From NCBI GenBank assembly GCA_964433885.1, contig CAYSTC010000009.1, positions 55,294-119,293 of the forward strand: a DNA stretch of 64,000 bases, read 5' to 3'. The DNA comes from an uncultured Paludibacter sp. Its GTDB lineage: Bacteria; Bacteroidota; Bacteroidia; Bacteroidales; Paludibacteraceae. This document shows positions 9,188 to 18,048 of the stretch, piece by piece. The notes beneath the pieces are model-generated. The model saw nothing but the letters and a program-made list of their open reading frames with translations, made no database searches and was not told where the DNA came from. Within the stretch, counting starts at the first letter, position 1. Every line of letters starts with the position of its first letter. The translations under genes were made by a program, and so were the position numbers.

Positions 9188-9964
9188 ATGACAAAAATCC
9201 TTGCAATGACGTTTCAGAAAATGCAGAACCTGACGCATAATGCGTTCATGCATCAGGTAGGAAGTCTGCTGACAGATGAAAATATGTCTTCACACGGGCT
9301 CGAAAACTTAATTGAACCTTTCAATCTGGCATTGGAAGCTGAAGATGCGGCCATGCGGGTAAAAAGAAAGAGTTCCCTGACCGGGGAACTGGTAAAACTC
9401 AACGATGAACGGGAAGAAGTATATGCAGGATTTGTATATCATTACGAGAGTTGTCTGCGGCATTACAATAACGATATGCGCATAGCCGCTCAGGGTATTT
9501 CACATATCATGAAAAGTATTGCTTATATGCATAATCGTTCCAATATCAGCCGTGGCGGGAATATCCGAAAAATCATAGATAATATCCGTTTGCCAAAGTA
9601 TGTTGCTATTGTGGAAATGATGCAACTGGACGGCTGGCTGAACAAACTGGACGAACTGAATCTGGCTTATGAAACTATTTCGGATAAACGGTTTAGCGAA
9701 AAAGCCCCGCGCGGAAGTGGCAACGTTCGTGTGGCGCGCGAGCTTACCGATAAGGCTTATCAGGCTATGGTGCAGCGAATAAATGCACTTTCGATAGTAA
9801 ACGGTCCGGAGGAATACAGCCACTTTGTACGGCAACTCAATACGCGTATTGCCGATGAAAAAAGGAGCATTGCCATTCGCGATGGTTGGAAAAAGCATAA
9901 GAAAGAAGCAAAGACAGAAGAGGCTGATGGAAAATCGGTGCCAGAAGCGGAAAATCCGGTTTAG
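9188..9964 (+). CDS. DUF6261-family helical protein
   Basis: About 250 aa all-helical, with ED.A...RKS..T..L...DE.R and AYQAMVQRINAL...G..Y..FV..LN.RI patterns typical of Bacteroidota DUF6261. TATATTTG -7 box at 9132. Confidence 0.7.
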   Translation: MTKILAMTFQKMQNLTHNAFMHQVGSLLTDENMSSHGLENLIEPFNLALEAEDAAMRVKRKSSLTGELVKLNDEREEVYAGFVYHYESCLRHYNNDMRIAAQGISHIMKSIAYMHNRSNISRGGNIRKIIDNIRLPKYVAIVEMMQLDGWLNKLDELNLAYETISDKRFSEKAPRGSGNVRVARELTDKAYQAMVQRINALSIVNGPEEYSHFVRQLNTRIADEKRSIAIRDGWKKHKKEAKTEEADGKSVPEAENPV

Positions 9965-9997
9965 TTTGTTTAAATGTAAAATTTTAGTATTTTTGAC
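9962..9997 (+). repeat. Direct repeat copy 1 (duplicated promoter, left end of accessory block)
   Basis: TAGTTTGtttAAATGTAAAATTTTAGTATTTTTGAC; 33/36 identical to 14583-14618, last 26 bp identical. Confidence 0.85.
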
Positions 9998-10124
9998 TCA
10001 GCTCCCGCGCGATTGCATCGAGTGGGAATTAGAAAATGAAAAAATTACAGGTTGAACAGATTCGTTTGATTCACGATTGAATCGTTTGGCAGCAGGCATT
10101 ATCAGTTATATAAAGAAAGAAAAA

Positions 10125-11474
10125 ATGACTTTTGACACAGACAGACAAACATTATCGGACTTAAACATATTCCCGAAAGAAAGAGGAGTAAAATCTGTCT
10201 TTGATTATTACAACCAAACTCAGACAAAAGGAGGAAAAGACTTGCTTTTAAGTATAATGCGTGAGCCTCTGAGGGACTTGACTGAAATAAATTCCAGAAT
10301 TTATTCGATAAAATTTTTGCATGATAATAATTTATATTGCGAACTTGAAAGTAAGGACTTGGATGCCATTGAATATTATCTTAATCTGGACAAAGCTGTC
10401 TTAAAAGACCATATTATAGACTCTGTATATAATTATCTTTCGGATCGTGTAAAACCAACCAACGAATACTACCTGATTTCAAGAGGTCTTAAATGTCTTT
10501 ATAAACATGTCAGGAATCTGATTGACTTCTTTGAAAACGATGACATACCCGAGTTTTCCGGTTTTTTAGCTGAGTTTAAAAGCGAAGTAGACCGGATAAA
10601 ATATCATCCGGATTTCAAGTCGTTTATCGATAAAGACAGGAAAAAACTGAACTTTAGGCAAATAAACCGATTCGATTATTTGATTCGAAAAACAGAGAAA
10701 GAGACAATAGAAAAGATACTCGAATTGACATACATTTTTGACAGTTACATTTCCCTGGCCAACATTGCAAAGGAGAAGGAATTAGGGTTTCCTATATTTA
10801 TCGAAACGTCCAATCAAAAAATACAAATTGAAGGCTTCTTTCATCCACTGATTGATAATCCGGTGAAAAATAATATCAATTTTAGGAATAACGAAAATCT
10901 CTGTTTTGTTTCGGGTGCAAATATGGCTGGTAAATCCACATTCTTGAAGTCAATAGGATTGTGTGTTTACCTTTCTCACATTGGTTTTCCGGTTCCGGCA
11001 CAAGCTATGGTAACACCTTTATTTCATGGGCTATATACAACCATTAATATCCCGGATAACATAACTAAAGGGTATAGCCATTATTACAGTGAAGTGAGGA
11101 GAGTAAAAGATATTACATTGTTGATTAAGGAACGAAAAAGAGTTTTTGTCATTTTTGATGAATTATTTCGGGGAACAAACGTAAAAGATGCATTTGACGC
11201 AACTTTAATGATTACACAGGGATTTACAAAAATTAAAAATTGTGTGTTTTTTATTTCTACACATATTGTTGAGGTTGGAAAAGAACTTGAAAAATCAGAC
11301 AGTATTTGTTTTAAATGTTTTGAATCGAAACTAGAAGGAGAACAACCGATATATAATTACAAACTGAAAGACGGCATATCCTCTGAAAGACTTGGACTGA
11401 CCATTATAAAGAACGAACGAATTCTCGAAATGATTGTTGAAATTGAAGAAAACGAAAGAAATTGTAGTTGCTGA
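10125..11474 (+). CDS. Short MutS-related ATPase (MutS domain V)
   Basis: FFHPLI, Walker A GANMAGKST, SHYYSEVRRVK, Walker B IFDELFRGTN, ISTH. Lacks the mismatch-binding and Smr domains. Confidence 0.85.
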   Translation: MTFDTDRQTLSDLNIFPKERGVKSVFDYYNQTQTKGGKDLLLSIMREPLRDLTEINSRIYSIKFLHDNNLYCELESKDLDAIEYYLNLDKAVLKDHIIDSVYNYLSDRVKPTNEYYLISRGLKCLYKHVRNLIDFFENDDIPEFSGFLAEFKSEVDRIKYHPDFKSFIDKDRKKLNFRQINRFDYLIRKTEKETIEKILELTYIFDSYISLANIAKEKELGFPIFIETSNQKIQIEGFFHPLIDNPVKNNINFRNNENLCFVSGANMAGKSTFLKSIGLCVYLSHIGFPVPAQAMVTPLFHGLYTTINIPDNITKGYSHYYSEVRRVKDITLLIKERKRVFVIFDELFRGTNVKDAFDATLMITQGFTKIKNCVFFISTHIVEVGKELEKSDSICFKCFESKLEGEQPIYNYKLKDGISSERLGLTIIKNERILEMIVEIEENERNCSC

Positions 11475-11572
11475 TAATCCAGACGTCCCATCAAATGTAC
11501 ATAAATTTAATCTTTATGGGTTAGTATGAAAAACAATCCGACATAAATAATCTGCTTAAATTAGATGCGACA

Positions 11573-12013
11573 ATGAAAAAAAATGAAAGTAATTCGAATA
11601 AAACAATTCACAGCCCTTTTGTTCAAACCTATTTCCACGGAACAAAGGTGGACATGAAAGTTGGCGACCTGATCGAAACCGGCATTAACTCCAACTACGG
11701 GCAACAGAAAAAAGCGAAATATATCTATCTTACGGCTACACTGGATGCTGCCATTTGGGGTGCTGAACTGGCTTTAGGAGAAGGTCGTGAAAGGATATAT
11801 TTAGTAGAACCAACGGGTCCAATTGAGGATGACCCGAATTTGACGGACAAAAAATTTCCGGGCAATCCAACCATGTCATACCGCTCGCAGCATCCGTTTA
11901 AGGTTATTGGTGAAATTACTGTTTGGCAAAGCCACCCACAGGAACAGGTAAAAGCAATGAAAGACGCCTTGGCGAAACTTAAAGAACAGGGAATTGAAGC
12001 CATTGAGGATTGA
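11573..12013 (+). CDS. arr: NAD(+)-rifampin ADP-ribosyltransferase
   Basis: FHGTK..GDLI, IYLT.TLDAAIWGAELA, RIYLVEPTGPIEDDPNLTDKKFPGNPT.SYRS, the Arr family signature. Confidence 0.93.
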   Translation: MKKNESNSNKTIHSPFVQTYFHGTKVDMKVGDLIETGINSNYGQQKKAKYIYLTATLDAAIWGAELALGEGRERIYLVEPTGPIEDDPNLTDKKFPGNPTMSYRSQHPFKVIGEITVWQSHPQEQVKAMKDALAKLKEQGIEAIED

Positions 12014-12205
12014 GTGCCGATAGGCTGGTTTAGAATTTTGGGTAATATTTGTCCCTTTTTGGTTAGATTGCTTTCAAATTCAAACTGCTTTTTTGTTTCA
12101 TTTGCAGTATGTTTTCAGAACAGCTTATCGAATCATTAAGCTCAAAATTTAATTATAATATGCGGCGAATGTTATATGGAGACGCAGTAAGTATTTATTA
12201 TCAGA

Positions 12206-13318
12206 ATGGACAATAACAAACTTGGCACAAAGCCGCATTATCAGATATTAGACGCACTTCGGGGTGTAGCAGCTATTATTGTAGTATTTTTTCATTTGGC
12301 TGAGCCGCTTTCCACAAGCCACCTCGACAATGTTGTAAACCACGGGTATCTGGCCGTTGATTTTTTCTTTCTTTTATCTGGGTTTGTAATTGGTTATGCC
12401 TACGACGACCGCTGGAAACAATTGACCTTTGGGGGCTTTCTCCGGCGTCGGTTTGAACGGTTGCAACCCCTCGTTGTGTTGGGTATGACGCTCGGTGCCA
12501 TCGGCTTTTACTTTACCGACTCCACCATTTGGCCGCTAATTCACACCGTTCCCGTATGGAAACTGATTGTAGTTCTGCTCATAGGATATACGATTTTACC
12601 CATACCACTTTCTATGGATATCCGCGGTTGGCAGGAAATGCATCCGCTCAATAGTGTTGGCTGGTCGTTATTTTTCGAGTATATAGCTAATATCCTTTAC
12701 GCACTGGGGCTACGAAAGTTGTCGAACAAGGCACTGGCTTGCTTTGTAGCAGTGGCAGCTGCGTTGCTGGTGCATTTGGCGGTTACCAGCCCGAATGGAG
12801 ACGTTGCCGGAGGCTGGACACTAAATGCAGAACACATGCGCATTGGGATAATACGTACGTTATTTCCGTTCTTTGTCGGATTGCTTTTGTCGCGGGTAGC
12901 GCGGCCAGCCAAAATTAAAAATGCTTTTCTGTGGTGTAGCCTGCTGGTTGCGGCCGTTTTATTTATGCCGCGAATCGGTGGTGCAGAACATCTATGGCTG
13001 AATGGTTTGTACGAAGCTTTTTGCATCATTATTCTCTTTCCACTTATTGTATATATCGGTGCCAGTGGTATGGTGCATACTCAAATGGAGAATAAAATTT
13101 GTAAGTTCCTCGGCGATCTTTCTTACCCCTTATATATGACACATTACGTACTTGTCTATTTTTATGTGGCCTGGGTAAGCAATCATAAGGGTATTACGTT
13201 GTCGCAGGCATGGCCATATGCATTGCTTACATTTGCAGGAGCCATTGTGTTAGCTTACGCAAGTTTAAAGTTGTACGACGAACCGGTAAGGGCCTGGTTG
13301 AGAAAAAGGATGAAATGA
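12206..13318 (+). CDS. Acyltransferase 3 family membrane protein
   Basis: LDALRGVAA..VV.FH, GYLAVDFFFLLSGFVI, WSLFFEY, LGDLSYPLY, YDEPVR. Confidence 0.9.
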   Translation: MDNNKLGTKPHYQILDALRGVAAIIVVFFHLAEPLSTSHLDNVVNHGYLAVDFFFLLSGFVIGYAYDDRWKQLTFGGFLRRRFERLQPLVVLGMTLGAIGFYFTDSTIWPLIHTVPVWKLIVVLLIGYTILPIPLSMDIRGWQEMHPLNSVGWSLFFEYIANILYALGLRKLSNKALACFVAVAAALLVHLAVTSPNGDVAGGWTLNAEHMRIGIIRTLFPFFVGLLLSRVARPAKIKNAFLWCSLLVAAVLFMPRIGGAEHLWLNGLYEAFCIIILFPLIVYIGASGMVHTQMENKICKFLGDLSYPLYMTHYVLVYFYVAWVSNHKGITLSQAWPYALLTFAGAIVLAYASLKLYDEPVRAWLRKRMK

Positions 13319-13380
13319 CTTCAAGATAGAAAGAAGCATAAGCCCACAGACTGATTCTCCTGAATGTGGTTTTTTGTAAG

Positions 13381-13677
13381 TTAATGTGAGTTCGATATAA
13401 GTAAGCTGCTAATAATCAGCTATAGTTTTCTTTGGAATCCTGAAAGGATTTAATGTGAATAACCGCGGGTGAAACCCGTGGGTCATGGAAAACAGAAAGA
13501 AGAACCCTGAAGGGGTTCAACATGTAATTCATTGTTATTGAGCCATTTCAGGGTTCAGTGCTACTTTTGTAAGCTACCACGGGTTTCACCCGCGGTTATT
13601 CACATTAAAGTCCTTCAGACTTTTAAAACAAGCTATTTTCTTTAATTTTAATATTTCTTATATCGAACTCACGTTAA
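13381..13677. mobile_element. Non-autonomous MITE/REPIN-like element with 21-bp terminal inverted repeats and nested internal inverted repeats
   Basis: TIRs 13381-13401 and 13657-13677 (1 mismatch); perfect 33-bp IR 13449-13481 and 13577-13609; third IR 13502-13520 and 13538-13556; no ORF. Confidence 0.75.
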
Positions 13678-13781
13678 ATTACATTATTGCCATTTTGTTA
13701 GCTTTAGGAGGCAACATTTGAAATGAAAATTGCATCTATAAAAACAGACAATGAATTTCACATAAAAATGTTGCAAAAATT

Positions 13782-14195
13782 ATGAAAACTCTTAGCAAAG
13801 TATTTTTGTCCTTATCAATCATAATATTGGTTTCTTGCCAGGCAAATGATGAATTGACTGTTATCCCTTCAGATAAATTAATCGGTTATTGGATAAATCC
13901 AGTTGTAACTGATTCTATATGGAAATATGAGAAAGCCAGTTCATTTAAAGAAGATAATAGTGGGTTTTCTTTTAAATCGGGGCAGGTGTTTGTTGAAAGG
14001 AAAAATGCTGGCTGTTGTGGAACGCCACCGATTGCATACGATAATTTTAATGGAATATGGGCGCAAAAGGATTCGTTAATAAACATTACTGTTGATTATT
14101 GGGGTGGTGTGGCGAGTTATCAATGGAAGATAATTTCAATTGATGATAAGAACTTAATTATTTGTAAACTAAAAGAAGAGTATCAGAGTAAGTAA
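13782..14195 (+). CDS. Hypothetical lipoprotein (lipocalin-like)
   Basis: Lipobox ILVSC, LIGYW, CCGTPP motif. Confidence 0.65.
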   Translation: MKTLSKVFLSLSIIILVSCQANDELTVIPSDKLIGYWINPVVTDSIWKYEKASSFKEDNSGFSFKSGQVFVERKNAGCCGTPPIAYDNFNGIWAQKDSLINITVDYWGGVASYQWKIISIDDKNLIICKLKEEYQSK

Positions 14196-14224
14196 AAGAT
14201 ATATAAATCTACAAAATTTAAACG

Positions 14225-14473
14225 ATGATGTCAAACGACTTAAAACTTCTAATGAAAATAGAAGACAGAATAATTGCTGAAGACATTCAAAATATATTGG
14301 AAGAAAATGGGATTTATACAATCTTAGAATCAGATAATCCAGCTTCATCTATTATAAGTACATATTCGGGATTGAACCCAATTGAAACTATTGAAATTAA
14401 AATAAATGTTATAGACTTTCAAAGAGCACTTGAAATACTCAATGAAAGTGCATACAAGGAATTAATCAACTAG
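14225..14473 (+). CDS. DUF2007/putative signal-transducing protein
   Basis: AEDIQNILEENGI...IKINVIDFQRALEIL pattern. Confidence 0.65.
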   Translation: MMSNDLKLLMKIEDRIIAEDIQNILEENGIYTILESDNPASSIISTYSGLNPIETIEIKINVIDFQRALEILNESAYKELIN

Positions 14474-14536
14474 AAAAGAAATGCTTTGTTCCCTCACACT
14501 ATCGCACGGAACATACAAGATTTTACGAATAGATAG

Positions 14537-14574
14537 AACGCTGTTTCAATATACAATTTGAAACAGCGTTTTTA
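14537..14574 (+). terminator. Intrinsic terminator at right end of accessory block
   Basis: AACGCTGTTTCAA..TTGAAACAGCGTT followed by Ts. Confidence 0.75.
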
Positions 14575-14582
14575 TTTTCAGA

Positions 14583-14618
14583 TAGTTTGCCGAAATGTAA
14601 AATTTTAGTATTTTTGAC
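14583..14618 (+). promoter_or_regulatory. radC promoter (-33 TTTG / -7 TATTTTTG), also direct repeat copy 2
   Basis: TTTG 14586-89, 19-nt spacer, TATTTTTG 14609-16; duplicated at 9962-9997. Confidence 0.7.
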
Positions 14619-14621
14619 CCC

Positions 14622-15323
14622 ATGCTTACCGACGATAAACGATTGACTATCCGCGATTGGGCTGAAGATGACCGTCCTCGCGAAAAGATGCTGCACAAAG
14701 GCTCCGGGAGTCTTTCGGATGCGGAGTTACTGGCTATTCTGATTGGTTCGGGTAACCGCGACGAATCGGCAGTTGAACTTTCGCGCCGCATCATGCGCGA
14801 ATGCCACGATAACATCAATGAACTGGCCCAACTCACTATTGCCGACCTGTGCAAGCGCTTCAAAGGCATTGGCGAAGCAAAAGCTATAACCATTATGGCT
14901 GCACTTGAACTAGGCAAACGCCGCAAAACGAATGAAGTGCTGGAGCGCAAAAAAATTACATCGAGCATCGACTTATTTGCGTTGTTCGAGCCTCAGTTGG
15001 TGGATCTGCCCCACGAAGAATTCTGGGTAGGACTACTCAACGGCGCCAACAAAGTGATCGAAATCAAGCGTCTTACCCAGGGAGGAAGCCGCCAAACGGT
15101 GGTGGATATTCCTATGCTGTTGAAAATGGCGTTGGAAAAATCGGCCCAGGCTGTGGTGGTAGCGCACAATCATCCATCAGGTCAAAATCGTCCGAGCCAC
15201 GAAGACGAGCAAATAACACGCCGGATCAAAAGCGGTTGCGATGCCATTGGCATATCCTGCCTCGACCATATAATTATTGCCCGTGGCAGCTATTACAGCT
15301 TTGCGGACGAGGGGAAGATGTAG
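14622..15323 (+). CDS. radC: RadC-family JAB domain protein
   Basis: RPREK, LSDAELLAILIGSG, GIGEAKA, HEEFW, AHNHPSG...S..D, LDHII. Confidence 0.93.
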   Translation: MLTDDKRLTIRDWAEDDRPREKMLHKGSGSLSDAELLAILIGSGNRDESAVELSRRIMRECHDNINELAQLTIADLCKRFKGIGEAKAITIMAALELGKRRKTNEVLERKKITSSIDLFALFEPQLVDLPHEEFWVGLLNGANKVIEIKRLTQGGSRQTVVDIPMLLKMALEKSAQAVVVAHNHPSGQNRPSHEDEQITRRIKSGCDAIGISCLDHIIIARGSYYSFADEGKM

Positions 15324-15388
15324 TTGATGTGATGATATGGTGATGTGATAATATGGTAATGAGATGATTAGATGGTCTGGTAATGCCA
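15324..15388 (+). repeat. 8-nt tandem array (TRATRTGR x8), left flank of four-helix-bundle gene
   Basis: tgatgtga tgatatgg tgatgtga taatatgg taatgaga tgattaga tggtctgg taatgcca. Confidence 0.8.
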
Positions 15389-15419
15389 AAATTAATTATA
15401 CACTTTAAAATATTGATTT

Positions 15420-15761
15420 ATGGAAAGAAGAAATGAGATTCTGGAATTGAGTTTTGAATTTGCACTTGATATTATTATATTTACAGAGTTGTTGGAGGAA
15501 CAGAAAAAATATGTAATCTCGAAGCAACTTTTAAAATCGGGTACATCGATTGGAGCAAATGTGAGAGAGTCTCAAAACAGTGAAAGTAAAGCTGACTTTG
15601 TTCATAAATTAAAAATTGCAGCTAAAGAAGCTGATGAAACAGAATATTGGTTGCTCCTATGCCAGCATTCACCAAGTTATCCATATAATCCCGAGCTGAT
15701 GACAAAGCTAATTAGCATTAAGAAATTACTCTCTAGCATTATTTCTAAGATGAAAAACTGA
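15420..15761 (+). CDS. Four helix bundle protein (23S rRNA intervening-sequence protein family, Avd-like fold)
   Basis: SFEFALDII, QLLKSGTSIGANVRE, S.ADFVHKLKIAAKEADETEYWL. Confidence 0.92.
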   Translation: MERRNEILELSFEFALDIIIFTELLEEQKKYVISKQLLKSGTSIGANVRESQNSESKADFVHKLKIAAKEADETEYWLLLCQHSPSYPYNPELMTKLISIKKLLSSIISKMKN

Positions 15762-15770
15762 CAATTCCTT

Positions 15771-15811
15771 CATCATCAAATTATCATCACATCAACACAT
15801 TATCACATCAA
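15771..15811 (-). repeat. 8-nt tandem array complementary to the left array, right flank of four-helix-bundle gene
   Basis: catcatca aattatca tcacatca acacatta tcacatca; reverse complement of 15783-15811 matches 15324-15352 at 25/29. Confidence 0.8.
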
Positions 15812-15814
15812 AAT

Positions 15815-16708
15815 ATGATTCTTCTTGAAGTAGAAAACGTAGTCAAACAATTTGCCGGACACCGGGCACTGGATGGCGTAAGCCTGACGGTAACTGAAAA
15901 CACGGTATATGGCTTGCTTGGACCTAACGGTGCGGGCAAAACCACGCTCATCCGTATTATCAACTGCATTACGGCTCCCGATAGCGGCGAAGTTCGCCTC
16001 CATGGAAAACGCATGACGGCAGCAGATGTGCGTCATATCGGTTACCTGCCCGAAGAGCGGGGTTTGTATAAAAAAATGAAAGTGGGCGAGCAGGCGTTGT
16101 ACCTCGCGCAACTGCGTGGCATGACCAAACGCGATGCACAAAAAGCCCTGAAGCACTGGTTCGAAAAATTCGAGATACAGGCCTGGTGGGACAAAAAGGT
16201 GGAAGAACTCTCCAAAGGCATGGCGCAGAAAGTACAATTTATCACCACTATCCTGCACGAACCCAAGCTACTTATTTTTGATGAACCGTTCAGTGGGTTC
16301 GATCCGGTAAATGCTGATTTGCTTAAACGTGAAATACTTGAGCTAAGGGACAATGGGGCAACCATCATTTTTTCCACGCACAATATGGAAACCGTGGAAG
16401 ACCTGTGTGAGAATATCTCGTTGGTTGACCGTTCCAAAATTGTTCTTCAGGGCAATGTCGCTGAAATCAGGGCATCGCATGCTACCAATACCTTTCTGGT
16501 ACGTTCCGCTAATGCCTTTGAAGGAAATGGCTTTGAAATTTTATCGCAAACACAAAAAAACAAGGTCTACGAAAGCATAATAAAGAAGCAGCAGGCTGCG
16601 ACTAACAATTCAGTATTGGAAGCATTGATCCGGAAAACCGAAGTCCTTTCGTTCGAAGAACTTCTGCCCAGTATGAATGATATATTTATTAATACGGTAA
16701 AAAGATGA
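15815..16708 (+). CDS. ABC transporter ATP-binding protein (NatA/YhaQ-like)
   Basis: GPNGAGKTT, YLPEERGLY, LSKGMAQ, IFDEPFSG, STH. Confidence 0.92.
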   Translation: MILLEVENVVKQFAGHRALDGVSLTVTENTVYGLLGPNGAGKTTLIRIINCITAPDSGEVRLHGKRMTAADVRHIGYLPEERGLYKKMKVGEQALYLAQLRGMTKRDAQKALKHWFEKFEIQAWWDKKVEELSKGMAQKVQFITTILHEPKLLIFDEPFSGFDPVNADLLKREILELRDNGATIIFSTHNMETVEDLCENISLVDRSKIVLQGNVAEIRASHATNTFLVRSANAFEGNGFEILSQTQKNKVYESIIKKQQAATNNSVLEALIRKTEVLSFEELLPSMNDIFINTVKR

Positions 16709-18021
16709 GCAAAATATCATTAATAATAAAACGGGAATACACCACACGGGTAATGAAAAAATCATTTATCCTGCTTACGTTTTTGACTCCCGTGCTTTTT
16801 GCAGGAATGATTGCCCTTGTCATTTGGCTGGGTGGTATCAAAGACGACAAAGTAAAAACCATTGTGGTGATTGATAAAACCCACCAGTACAAAGATGTAC
16901 TCAAAAGCAACGAAACATACAATTTTGAATTTGTTGATGCTGATGTTGACGAGTTGAAAAAGCAAAATCAACAGGAGGAGCGTTTTACCGCTTTGCTTTA
17001 TATTACCGGCGATTTGATGGCGGATTCCACTGCTGCTACTCTGTTTTCGGAAAAACAGGTGAATATGGAGCTCAAGAATTATGTGGCCGGACTGCTGAAC
17101 AAATACATTGAACAGCAAAAACTGGCAGCCTACAACATTCCCAACCTGAAAGAAATGGTGGAAGAATCGCGCACCAACATCGACCTGAAAACTATTAAAT
17201 GGGGCGAGAATGGCAACGAAAAAGAAGGGTCGGCCGAATTGGCCCTGATTATTGGTATGATTTCCGCCTTTATTATTTACATGTTCATCGTTATTTATGG
17301 AGCGCAGGTAATGAGCGGTGTGGTGCAGGAAAAAACCAACCGCATCGTGGAAGTTATCATTTCCTCGGTAAAACCATTTGAGTTGATGATGGGGAAAATA
17401 ATCGGCATCGCGATGGTGGGCTTAACGCAGTTTCTATTGTGGGTGGTGCTTACCGGAGTTATTTCTCTGGCCATAGGGTCATTCTTTGGCGGCAATGTGG
17501 ATGTAAGTTCGTTACAAAAAATGGGGCAAATGGGCATGCACCCGGCCCAGACCAATGTTATGCCGTCCGAAGTGCAATCATTGTTTACAGCTTTAAGCAG
17601 TTTGAATTACGTAGAAATAGTATCATTATTCATCGTTTATTTTCTGGGAGGTTATTTGTTGTACGCCTCGTTGTTTGCAGCCATTGGTTCTGCAGTGGAC
17701 AATGAAACCGATACGCAACAATTTTCGTTGCCCATCATGCTGCCGATTATATTTGCCATTTATGCCGGAATTTTTAGTGCTGAAAATCCCGATGGGCCGT
17801 TGGCTTTCTGGTGCTCCATGATTCCGTTTACTTCGCCCATTGTCATGATGGTTCGTTTGCCGTTTGATGTGCCTGTGTGGCAGATAGCTCTTTCATTGGC
17901 TATACTTGTATTGTCATTTATTGGTACGACGTGGATGGCTGGTAAAATTTACCGCACCGGAATATTGATGTATGGTAAAAAGCCAAGTTGGAAGGAATTG
18001 TGGAAGTGGTTGAGGTATTAA
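16705..18021 (+). CDS. ABC-2 type transporter permease (NatB/YhaP-like)
   Basis: IKREY, EKTNRIVEVIISSV, GKIIGI, LFAAIGS, IPFTSP, KIYRTGILMYGK; ATGA overlap with the ATPase gene. Confidence 0.9.
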   Translation: MSKISLIIKREYTTRVMKKSFILLTFLTPVLFAGMIALVIWLGGIKDDKVKTIVVIDKTHQYKDVLKSNETYNFEFVDADVDELKKQNQQEERFTALLYITGDLMADSTAATLFSEKQVNMELKNYVAGLLNKYIEQQKLAAYNIPNLKEMVEESRTNIDLKTIKWGENGNEKEGSAELALIIGMISAFIIYMFIVIYGAQVMSGVVQEKTNRIVEVIISSVKPFELMMGKIIGIAMVGLTQFLLWVVLTGVISLAIGSFFGGNVDVSSLQKMGQMGMHPAQTNVMPSEVQSLFTALSSLNYVEIVSLFIVYFLGGYLLYASLFAAIGSAVDNETDTQQFSLPIMLPIIFAIYAGIFSAENPDGPLAFWCSMIPFTSPIVMMVRLPFDVPVWQIALSLAILVLSFIGTTWMAGKIYRTGILMYGKKPSWKELWKWLRY

Positions 18022-18048
18022 TAAAAACAGATAAGGCAAAAGTAAATA

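Noticed and set aside
9962..14618. Classical integron cassette array
   Set aside because: No intI gene, and I could not find attC-type RYYYAAC...GTTRRRY sites repeated between the genes.
14622..15323. radC JAB protein as part of a CBASS or other defence system
   Set aside because: It is the full-length housekeeping-type RadC, with no cyclase, E1/E2 or effector neighbours.
15420..15761. Four-helix-bundle gene as the Avd of a diversity-generating retroelement
   Set aside because: No reverse transcriptase and no template/variable repeat pair with adenine-specific mismatches in the window.
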